This document shows, one piece after another, positions 27,651 to 36,995 of a DNA stretch of 64,000 nt. Both the position numbers and the translations under genes were made by a program. The stretch covers positions 16,122,001-16,186,000 of the forward strand of contig CM052816.1 of assembly GCA_028534125.1 (NCBI GenBank), in the 5' to 3' direction. This DNA is from Lama glama (lineage: Eukaryota). The notes beneath the pieces are model-generated. The model searched no databases. It was given only the letters and a program-made list of their open reading frames with translations, and was not told the DNA's origin. How positions within the stretch are numbered: the stretch's first letter is position 1; the number at the start of each line of letters is the position of its first letter.

Positions 27651-29647
27651 ACAACCAGGAACCCAAAACTCGGTTCCCGCGACAGACTCCGGATCGAACC
27701 GTCCTGAAGGCACAGAGTCCACCTTTAGAGTCCAGGACCCCCTGGGAGGTTTCGAGTAAGACTGCGAGGCCGAGGAGCCCATCCCCGCTGTGGCAAGCCC
27801 CAAATGGGACCCTGCGGGGTCCTCAATGCCCCTCCCCCCAGAACCCGTCCCCGTGGAATCGAGCTGTTCCGAGAGTGAGTAGCCCGCCGCTCCCTGAGGC
27901 ATCCTCCGCATGGGAAAATCAGGATCCTGCTGTCACAGAAACTGTCAGCAGAAAGAGTACTTCTCCTCCGACCCTTTCCCAGTGGAATCAGGGTGTCACC
28001 AGGGCACGAAGCCCATCCCCCGAAGCTCCTTCCTCGTGGAAAGTTCCGCATCCAACAGTCGGGGATACAGCTGAGGGGAGTAGGAGTCCGTCCCCACCAG
28101 CCTTGTCCTCATGGGAGGCTCCATATCGTCCTGTTGGGACGTGGAGCCCATCGCCCCAAGAGACGTGGGACCCCACAGTGCAGAGCTCATCGGTAGTATC
28201 TAAGCAGGAAGCTATGAATGGAGTAGCCCAGGAGAAACTGGTGCTTCCCACGCCATCTGCACCCAGGACTCCAGAGCTAACAGAGGCGCAGAGTCCGTCC
28301 ACGCGGGAAATGCCAGGTTCTGCCTTCCGAGGCAGTCAGCTGTCGCCAGAGGTGGCTGCACCCCAGCTGCCTCTCAGTCGCCTCGTGGGCACCCTGGATG
28401 CCGATGCGCATCCAGAAGCCCTGGGCCCTAGAGAAGCGGCCTCAGGACGTCCGCGCGTGGCCATTCCTCGGCCTCGCGACGTGCGCAAGATGGTGAAGAC
28501 TACATACGCACCAAGCTTCCCGGCAGGCACCCCAGGGGCAAGGCTGCCTGCGACTCCTGCGGACCCCCGCTTGGAGGAGGGCGGCGCATCCAAGAGACAG
28601 GAGCTTCAGGCGCTTGGGTCCTCAGCCCCGGCTCACTACACTTCCGTTTTTCTCAAGGACTTTTTGCCGGTCGTGTCACACCCCTATGACCCTCCAGAGC
28701 TGACGCCAGACACAGTCCCTCCGGAGGTTACGCAGCCCAACGGGGCCCTGAGGCGGAGGGCAGAGAACAGTACGGCGAAACCCTTCGCGCGCACTGAGAT
28801 CCGCCTGCCTGGCGCCCTAGCCTTAGGCCGCCGGCCGGAGGGAACCCGGGAAGTCCTGGTGCGCGGTCCTGGAGGAAAGAACCGGGATGCTGAGGCCCAG
28901 CGCCTAGTCCCCGACGAAAAGGGTCGGACCAGCCCTCTAGGCGGCGCTCGCACCTCACCCCAGAGGTCGCCCATAGAGCCTGCAGGGGCCCAACCTCCCC
29001 GCCCCAGCTCCCCGCAGGCGCACCCTAGCTCGAGCCCTGGAATAACACCCAAACTGGAGACGACAACTAAGGCCCCTGAGTCCGCGGAAGCGGTCCAGTC
29101 GCCCCTCCCGCGAGAGCCCCAGGCATTGGCTGGCAGAACGGCCCCGCCCCGGCCCCGCGCGGCCTCGGCACCTCCCACGGACCGGTCCCCGGAAGGCCCC
29201 TCTCGGGCGCGCAGGCCGCTCGGGCCCGCGCACCCGGGGAAGGTCCTGGTGGACCCCGAGAGCGGCCGCTACTACTTTTTCGAGGCGCCCAGGCAGCCTC
29301 GGCTGCGGCTGCTCTTCGACCCCGAGAGCGGGCAGTACGTGGAGGTGCTGCTGCCACCCTCGCCCTCGGTGCCACCCCGCCGCGTCTATACCCCGCTGGC
29401 TCTTGGTCCCGGTCTCTACCCACCCGCCTATGGGCCTGTCGCTGGCCTGTCTCTGCCACCATCCCCAGGCCCGCCGGTCTTCAGCGGCCCCCAGCTACCC
29501 TGGGCCTCTGAGGCGGGGCCCGTGGATGGAATGTACTACCTGCCAATGAGTGGGACACCCAGCCCCGCACCTCCTCTGCTCCTCTGTGCTCCACCCTCCA
29601 ACTTGGGTCCCGCCCAGCCCAGCAAGGGCTCCCTGTTTCCGGTGTGA
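26600..29647 (+). CDS. PROB1: Proline-rich basic protein 1 (single exon, 1015 aa)
   Basis: 3048-nt ORF with ccaccATG context, MLTALAPPALPG...RRQDSSGSSGSYHTAPGSPEP; C-terminal GKVLVDPESGRYY...LFDPESGQYVEV motif; lies between SPATA24 and MZB1 as in human. Confidence 0.95.
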   Translation: MLTALAPPALPGHPGRLSTAPARRQDSSGSSGSYHTAPGSPEPWDFGPDAEGRTNWPRVAPALGAGAQPRLSVSAQNSRQQLWPGSGFPRGPSSGPRPPLPQLRMLPSGEMEVIFGTGPLFSRSDAEDSEVQQLTARAYSNLSPPASSIPAEPQPLAPDGGSRWATYLELRPSGPSPATPAQFECVEVALEERAAPVRPRTVPKRQIELRPRPRSPPRVATAPRPRLLLRTGSLDESLGRLQAAAGLVQTALARKLSPVTSASSNATFGLTGPPEPATPEKPRGTRVVLEEAKSRPPRVHYSSAPARAPRPWPSLRERAIRRDKPTPGTEPLGPVSSSIFLQSEEKNQEAHNQEPKTRFPRQTPDRTVLKAQSPPLESRTPWEVSSKTARPRSPSPLWQAPNGTLRGPQCPSPQNPSPWNRAVPRVSSPPLPEASSAWENQDPAVTETVSRKSTSPPTLSQWNQGVTRARSPSPEAPSSWKVPHPTVGDTAEGSRSPSPPALSSWEAPYRPVGTWSPSPQETWDPTVQSSSVVSKQEAMNGVAQEKLVLPTPSAPRTPELTEAQSPSTREMPGSAFRGSQLSPEVAAPQLPLSRLVGTLDADAHPEALGPREAASGRPRVAIPRPRDVRKMVKTTYAPSFPAGTPGARLPATPADPRLEEGGASKRQELQALGSSAPAHYTSVFLKDFLPVVSHPYDPPELTPDTVPPEVTQPNGALRRRAENSTAKPFARTEIRLPGALALGRRPEGTREVLVRGPGGKNRDAEAQRLVPDEKGRTSPLGGARTSPQRSPIEPAGAQPPRPSSPQAHPSSSPGITPKLETTTKAPESAEAVQSPLPREPQALAGRTAPPRPRAASAPPTDRSPEGPSRARRPLGPAHPGKVLVDPESGRYYFFEAPRQPRLRLLFDPESGQYVEVLLPPSPSVPPRRVYTPLALGPGLYPPAYGPVAGLSLPPSPGPPVFSGPQLPWASEAGPVDGMYYLPMSGTPSPAPPLLLCAPPSNLGPAQPSKGSLFPV

Positions 29648-29893
29648 GGCCCCAGTGCATGGTCCCCATGGTGTTGGGGCCTATTGATGGCCTTGGAGGT
29701 TCTGGCATCCAGTCCCCTGCCCTCTTTTCCTTCTGTCACCTGTTTCTTTTACACATCTCCCGCAGGCTTCAGACCGGAAGTTACCTTCAGAGTAGTACCT
29801 GAGACACCCGGGGCTGATGGAGCTGGAGCTTAGGAAATGGCTGCCTACTTCCTCCCCCAACAAAATCCTATACCCCTTCCCCAAGCATTCCCA

Positions 29894-29931
29894 GTGTGTG
29901 TGGGTGTGGGTGTGTGTGTGTGTGTATGTGT
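29894..29931. repeat. Imperfect (GT)n tract in the PROB1 3'UTR
   Basis: gtgtgtgtgggtgtgggtgtgtgtgtgtgtgtatgtgt. Confidence 0.85.
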
Positions 29932-30399
29932 TGTCGACTGAAGAAAAAAAAAAAAAACAAAAAACAATGTGAGAGTTGTGAGTTAAGTTTTATTGGGGGC
30001 AAAATGAGGACTATAGCCCAGGAGGCAGCCTCTCAGCTCTGAGGAAATGCTGTGAAGCAGTAGGGGGACGGGGAGTTCAGTATGTCTGTGATTTTGAAGG
30101 GGAATATGTGCGATCAAGCACAGATTTTGGCAGAAGGTTGGTGCTAGTCAGGAGGAGCAGATGTATCTGTCAATGATTTTGGTACTTTTCTAGATATGAG
30201 AAAAATGTAAGAAATTAAGCTCATAAAAATCTCCTGAAAATAACTATCTAAAGGCCTTTTCTGTCAGTTTTTCCCAGAGCACAGAGTGCCTCATTCCTGG
30301 TCTCTGCCCTGAACTCGTTTCAGAGTATGTTGAAGGTCAGCTGCTGGAGTGGCTAGTGACTTCATTCTTGTAGAGGCAGATGGCAGCTTTTAGTTGGCA
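29932..30399 (-). mobile_element. Solo LTR (ERV1-class), 468 bp, antisense to PROB1
   Basis: TG...CA termini with imperfect inverted ends (tgtcgact/agttggca); 4-bp TSD GTGT at 29928-29931 and 30400-30403; - strand AATAAA at 29989-29994. Confidence 0.8.
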
Positions 30400-31580
30400 G
30401 TGTAAAAGTGAGAAGCCCCAGGATGTGGCCTCAGGAGCCAACTTTGAGGGGGTGTGGGGTTCCCAGGGGCTGGAGGAAATGGGAGCTGCAGGGGACAGGG
30501 CTGTCCCCAGTGGTAGTGAGTTCTCTGTTTCTTGCTAAAGGTGGGCCCAGCTGAGGTGGAACAACCTGATGAGAACTGGTGGGACGGAGAGAAAAGGATG
30601 CTGGCTGTCAAATTTGTTATTCTTTGGAAGAGGATCTGAGCCTTGGCCTGGGAGGCTGTGAGTGAAAAGTGGCTAGTCCAGGTCCTATGCCAGGCTCATC
30701 TGAGAAAGGTAGCTGTGGGGACAATAGGTAGAGGTGGAGCAGGGATGTAATATGGAAGGGGCTATGGAGGGTCAGCCTTGGACTTGGGGTGGGGGTACTG
30801 GTAGGAAGAGGGGATGGCTGTAGATTTCAGCTAGGAGTGACACCTCTCATTCTCCCCTCAACCCCAGCCTCTGACTTGGCTTGTCTAAGCCTTCAGAGCT
30901 AAGCTGGCTCATCCTGGGGTCAAGAGTAGGGGCTCCAGGCATTCTCACCCAGGGTGGAGGGGCAGAAGAGTGAGTCATCAGGAAGGACTTAAAAGCAGGG
31001 TGGAAGGTTGAGCTCTTGACTCTTGTGGATGGAGTGCAGGGGGCAGTTAGGGCTGACAATAGAAAAGATGCCCCTGTATGGAGCTCTCAGCTGGTTCCAC
31101 TCCCTCAGTAATAGATGTGGCAACCATGCCTAGAGAGGGGCTGGCTCTACCAGATGGTCACAGCATGGGTAGGGACAGGACCCAGAGCCTGTGTTCCAAT
31201 TGCCCTGAGATTCCAGGAGCGTCTGAGGAGGGCAGAGGGAGATGCATGTGGTGGGAGGTGCTCTGCATGGGAGTCTGTGTGTAGTTCTGACCTTGAAGTT
31301 GCTGGGCCTTGCTGGACTGGTATGTGGTGTGATGAATTTGGGGAAGAACAGTTACCATTAGAAGCAGTGTCAGGGATGGAAATCAATGCCTTCCTTAAGT
31401 TAAGCCCTCTAGGGGGCCCAGATTCCTTGGAGTTGCTGCCCCCCTGCCTTGGACTGCAAGCTGACTGGGAGAACTATGAGTCAGAATAACCTGGACATCT
31501 TCCTGTTGCCAGAGATGCTGGTTCTGATGGCACAGAGGGCACTGGGCCACTCCTGGGCCCCTCACCTCATCCTGGTGTGC

Positions 31581-31586
31581 AATAAA
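31581..31586 (+). terminator. Probable PROB1 poly(A) signal
   Basis: First AATAAA I found downstream of the PROB1 stop, about 700 bp before the MZB1 ATG. Confidence 0.55.
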
Positions 31587-32159
31587 TCGCTGACCCAAGG
31601 CCATGATGGGTGGAACAACTGGTGTAAGGTGTCTGATTTCCTGCTGCGGTACACCCTCTACAGTGCCCTTTCATGCCTCTGTATGGCCTGGGGGAGGGGA
31701 CCATGTGTGTCTTTCATACACTGTGGCATCCTTGCCTCAGCAAGCTTGCTTCTCAGGAAGGGAGCCGTAGGCTGGCAACCATGCCTATGGCTTCACTTCT
31801 CCTGGTGGCTGAGTGGCCAATGGGTCTTGGAGTCAGTCAAGCTTGGGTTCCAGTCTCAGCAAGGCCCCTCTAGTTGTGTGGCCTTGGATTTGTCACTTTC
31901 CTCTGAACCTTTGTGTCCTTGGGGGTAAATAAATGATGATAGTAACCAGCTACCTCCTCCCCAAGCACAAGGCCTGCCATGTGGCTAGATCCCAGGACAT
32001 GGGTTATCAGCACCCCCATGCCCAGGCCCAGCCCCTCTCCTTGCCTCATTGTTCCCTCTCTGTGAAATGGAGCTGAATTGGCTGCAGCTGGGGTCCCACT
32101 AGAGGCGGGGCACACATGGTGTCTCCAGAGCCGTGGGGGAAGGGAGAGAATGGGAGAGG

Positions 32160-32284
32160 TGAGGTGTCAGTTCCTCATTGGTCTGAGTCAGGCATTCTAG
32201 GGCAGCCCCCACTGCACACACGCACACACATGAACACCTGCACCCCAACCACAGCCCTTGCTCGCTGAACCGCCTCCACTGACC
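32160..32284 (+). promoter_or_regulatory. MZB1 proximal promoter and leader
   Basis: PU.1/ETS-like TTCCTC (32171), inverted CCAAT, AP-1 TGAGTCA (32184-32190) and E-box CACCTG clustered just upstream of the ATG. Confidence 0.45.
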
Positions 32285-34249
32285 ATGAGGCTGACCCTGC
32301 TACTGCTGCTGCTGGGGGCCTGGGCCATCCCAGGGGGCCTCGGGGACAGGGCCCCGCTCACGGCCACTGCCCCACAGCTGGATGATGAAGAGAAGTACTC
32401 AGCTCATATGCCTGCTCACCTGCGCTGTGATGCCTGCAGGGCAGTGGCCTACCAGGTGAGTTCCCCTCCACTCCTCACCCCTCACGACCCACCCCAGCCT
32501 AATAGTTTTCTGGCCCCAGCCCAGGACCCTCTCAACCCAGACCGTCTGTGTACCTCAGATTCCACCACTGGCCTTTGATTCCCCAAACCCCTACCCTAGG
32601 CCTCAACCTAGATTCAGCCTCCATGATATTGCCATCATCACCTCACCAGAACTTCTGTGCCTCAGTTTACCTATCTGCCCAACAGAGAGCAATCTGGGAT
32701 ACTCCACAGTGTCTTGAGACCCGAGGGAGTCACCAGCTTGTCCTCTCTGACTCCTCCCTTTCCGGGCCCCTCCTTAAGTCTGGACTGCTTTCCAAAACAT
32801 AGCCAAGGAGCATTGGTGTATGTGTGCACATGTGCATGTGTGTTAAGTACATGAAGACACGAGTATATGTGTGTCTTTTTTTTTTGGTGGGGGGAGGTAA
32901 TTTGGTTTATTTATTTATTTATTCTTAGAGGAGGTACTGGGGATTGAACCCAGGACCTCATGCATGCTAGGGATGTGCTCTACCACTTGATCTATACCCT
33001 CCCCCTTATGTTTCTCTTGAATTCACACACAAACCTGTCAAGCATGCCTGAGTACTTGTGTGTGCGCGCATGCGGGCTATAAGTACACGTGTCACTGAAG
33101 ACTAGGCAGGTTTTTTCCTTCCTGGTTCTTGTGGTTTAAAATAACATGTGGTGATGGGCAGGTGCACCCTGGGGGAGGGGCCCCAGTTCCTAGTCCTAAC
33201 TTTCCACCCAAGCGTTTCCCACCTACCCACCCACCCGCCCCATCCTAGGGCAGTGGAGCCTGCCTCACAGGTGCTTCCTGCTCAAAGGCTCCATTGCCTC
33301 GTTCTTCCTAAGAGACCCAGGCCCCTGTTCTCCCCTCCCCACACTGAGCAGTTCTGAAGCCCTGGTTCTCAGCCCCTCCTTGTTCCAGATGTCACAACAT
33401 TTGACAAAGGCAGAGGCCAAGCTTCACACTCTGGACTCCGGGGAACATCAAGAGCTGAGTGAGTCGGTATACACAGACGTCTTGGACCAGAGCTGCTCCC
33501 AGACCTGGCAGGAGTGAGTTGAAAATCTGGCCCCTACCTCCCACCTCCAGGAGCAGAGCTGATGGGTGGAGGTTCGCACTCTCCCATTCGCACACCACAC
33601 GCACTCCACTAGGGCTCTGGTCCAAGGTGGGGACTGGCTGGGACACAGTCTGAGCTCTGGAGCTGGGAGCAAGTGGAAGGGTAGGGGGCCAGGGGACAAG
33701 ATTGCTGTGTGATTTTTGGGCCAGGGGCTTCCCCTTTCTGGTCCTCAGTTTTCCATCTGGAGGATCAGAATCTGGGCACTGATCTCAGCAAATGTCCAGT
33801 GTGCTCAGCTTCATGTGGAGACAGGTCCCTTGCTGGCTGGGCTCCCACTAATGCTGTATCCCTCTCTTCTCACTGCGTTCAGCTATGGGGTTCGAGAAGA
33901 GAACCAGGTGAAACGGCTTACAGGCCCAGGACTTAACAAGGGGCCAGAGCCAAGCATCAGCGTGACGATCACAGGGGGGCCCTGGCCCACCAGGTGATGA
34001 CTGGGAGGTTGGGGTGGGATGGAGCCCTTGCAGCCTTGGTCTGCCCCACCATGGGCCGGGCAGAGTAAGAGGCTCCTACTGGGCTCCCCTAGGCTCTTCA
34101 CGACATGTTTGCACTACCTGGGGGAGTTTGGAGAAGACCAGATCTATGAAGCCCACCAACAAGGTCGAGGGGCTCTGGAGACATTGCTGTGTGGAGGCCC
34201 CCTGGGGGCCTGCTCAGAGGATGAGCAAGTCACAAGGACCGAGCTCTAG
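32285..34249 (+). CDS. MZB1: Marginal zone B and B1 cell-specific protein (pERp1), 187 aa. Exons 32285-32455, 33389-33513, 33883-33993, 34093-34249
   Basis: Signal peptide MRLTLLLLLLGAWAIPG, CxxC motif (LRCDACRAVAYQ), six Cys, ER-retrieval-like RTEL C-terminus; 564 nt in frame; AATAAA at 34441-34446. Confidence 0.96.
32876..33005 (-). mobile_element. Camelid-type tRNA-derived SINE in MZB1 intron 1
   Basis: gaggtactggggattgaacccaggacctcatgcatgctag...ctctaccacttgatctataccctcccc with a T-rich tail. Confidence 0.88.
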
Positions 34250-36044
34250 TCCAACTCCTCCTTCTTCTTCCTGATCAGCCCCTGAAGAGAGTTGAGTGTC
34301 CTCTGGATCTTTCCCACTCCTTTCTGCAGGCTGCTGGAGGGTAGGGAGGCCTCACTCTTCTGTGCTGCAGGCTCCCTTCCTCCTCCAGCTTCGGGGCCCT
34401 GAGGCCTGGGCGGGGGCCAAGGCCTTACCCTCTGGACTCAAATAAAACCCACTGACCTCAATTCCTTCTCTCTGCAAAATGTGTTTGGGGGGCTGGGAGG
34501 ATAGATGTTGGTGTTTCTACTGATGTCCCTCCTAGAGAGGACCAGGTACACATCCTCACAACTTCACAGAGGTAAGTGAGGTCTGTTATGGTTGGAAATG
34601 TGAGTGAGCTGTCAAAGGTGTAAGGAACCACTTATCTGACCGGTTGAAACCCCAGATCCAACATGAGAGAAAAGAAAATCCAAGGAAAACTCCATATGCA
34701 GGCCACCTGTGGATACGCCTACTGCAACCACTGCGTGCCGCTACCTGTGCCCCTCCCAGAACATTGGTCTCCCTGGGTCAACACCCAGAGGCCACTCACT
34801 TTCTAGATTCTGCTTCTGACCCCAGCTGGCATGACTGGGCCCTAGGTGCCCGCTAGGGACAGGGCAGAGCAGGGTTCCTGGAACAGGCTGGTTTCAGCAT
34901 CTTGGCTGTATGTCCTGCTCTCCCCAGATATCTGTTCTTCTCACCTGGAGAACTTTCCTTGTCAATGGAGAAAAAAAGCTCCACACTTGGGGCTGGGGGC
35001 CTGGGTTTAGGTGGTGTTACAGCTTACAATTTCCTTTGTGAGCGTTTCTGATCCGCTGAAGCCCTGGGAGGTGGACAGAACGGAGATCCTAATCCTCAGT
35101 TGACAGATGCAGAAACCTGGGCTCAGACAACAAAAGAGGCTCAGGCCAGGCCCAGGCTGAGTAGTGGCAGGGCTGGGAGGGGATTCAAATTTGGGGGAGG
35201 GGGAAGGTCAGTGCTGGAGGAGTGGGTGTATTCCCTGTGCTACTCCGTAGCCCAGCCTCCTACATTCTGTCACCTGTTCCCCATCTGCCTAAGGCCCCTC
35301 CTCCCTGACCCTCACCCCAGAAGAGAACCCTTAAGCATCAGAAGAGCCAGGGCCCAGGGAATCAGCTGAGCCAAGCAGTCAGTAGTGTCAGCTGGGAGCC
35401 TGAGATGTGGACCTGTGTGGCCCCGTGTTTATGTGGAGTGATCTAGAAAGACTTTGCATCAGAGTATGGGTGCTGTGGGTCCAATATTGCAACTGTGTAG
35501 CTGAGACCATGTGCAAATTCCCAGCGTTGTCTCTATGTATGTGATGTTTGGTTTGGGTTGACTTGCGTCCAACAGACAGTGTGTGAAAGGGGTGGGACTG
35601 TTTTCCCAGTTCCCCCCCTGGGGAGTACTGGGGAGGAGCAGGTCGGGAAGAAAGTGCTAAGGAGCCAAGGCTTTGAACTAGTCAGATGACTTTGAGAACC
35701 TGGGAGCAGGAGCCAAGAAGGGAGAAGAGAAGACAGGCAAACAGAAGAACGGGCTGGAGGCTGGACAGGCTGTTGGATTCAGAGCTGTGACATGAAGTTG
35801 CTACCCAGATGGACAGCGGTGATGACTGTGGGTCCTCCAGGCAGGGCCTGGCTGTGGGCACAGCGACCCAGAGGTAGGTGGACCCTAAAGGAGGCACAGA
35901 GGGAGCAGAACCAGGGAATTCAGGCCCAGCCCCCACCAGCACAGGAGCCTTAGCCCTCAGGCCCTCCCCAGTCCCCATCAGCCAGCTCCAGGCCCTATGA
36001 TCAGTCTTGGATGGGCCTGCCTGGAAGGGAAGACAGGCCGGGCC

Positions 36045-36186
36045 CAGGGCTGGCTTAGTGTTTACAAAGGCCCCAAAACTTGTTTTGATCCTCTGCTGTT
36101 GCTGTTTTTAAATTTATAATGCTTTTGGAACCGAGAGCCCAGATTTTCATTTTCACTGGGTCTCACAGATTATGTAGCCGGTCCTG
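36045..36186. mobile_element. MER45-like hAT-Tip100 element
   Basis: Imperfect terminal inverted repeats cagggctggct/agccggtcctg; internal attttcattttcactgggtctcacagattatgtagcc. Confidence 0.55.
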
Positions 36187-36559
36187 GCTGCGAGGGGAAG
36201 GGAATCCTTGTCCTGACACAGGGGACAGGCAAGGCCTGGCCAGCCTTGGCAGCTCCTTCTCCAGAGGCGCATCTGTTATGTGTGTTGGGGACCCTGATGG
36301 GTGAGTGGTGGTGGGGAGAGCCGCCTTTTTGACATTTAATGTACAAGTAACAGCCTGGGTTCAGGAGTTCAGGCCAACCTGAATATTCGGAATTGTCTTC
36401 TAAAATCTTGCTACCCATATGGCCTTGGTCAGATCATATCTTCTAAATCTGTTTCCTCAGCTGTAAAGGAGGTTAATTACACCCCGTGCCTGGGGTTAAA
36501 CGTGACAGTGACACACGTGTTGCTTGGCACACAGTCGTCCCTCAATAATGAGACAGGTT

Positions 36560-36995
36560 ATGATGATGATAATGATTAACTTTTTATTAATAAGTGGGGA
36601 AAAGCCTCATTCATGGTGTGACATAGCAGATGCCCGTTTTCACTGCCTTTCCTGTCACCTCACCCAGGGCTTGGTAAACTTCCAAGACTGTCCACTCCTC
36701 ACCCCTACTCTGGCCTTCTCTTAGAAAACGAGAACAGGGCCAGTGCCCAGGCTCAGGTGCGGGCAAGTAAGGGAGTGCTCAGGAGGTAAATGTAGCAGAG
36801 GCCTGAGTGGCCTTTTCCACTATGGCCAGAGTTAATACGTTACCTCAACCTGGGTCCTCCTTTCGCAATCAGAGCTAGAGATCTGGTTACAGATTTACTT
36901 TGAACAATGTCTGATATGTGGAGTAAAGTCCTCCTTGGCCCTCGTAAAGCCATCCCCTCTTCTCCTCAGGAACTGCTCACACCTGTGCCCCAAAG
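36560..36995 (+). promoter_or_regulatory. SLC23A1 promoter with HNF1-like and HNF4-like sites
   Basis: GATAATGATTAAC (36568-36580) is one mismatch from the HNF1 palindrome GTTAATNATTAAC; weaker HNF1-like sites at ~36831 and ~36885; GAGTAAAGTCC (36921) is HNF4-like. HNF1 control of SVCT1 is established in human. Confidence 0.5.

Noticed and set aside
26300..29740. Many long alternative-frame and antisense ORFs over PROB1 (e.g. 26613-27368 +, 28684-29178 -)
   Set aside because: Expected from stop-codon scarcity in very GC-rich DNA; no recognisable protein
31078..31928. ORFs of 124-159 aa between PROB1 and MZB1
   Set aside because: They lie in the predicted PROB1 3'UTR and spacer, have no homology I recognise, and one spans the poly(A) signal and a MIR-like stretch
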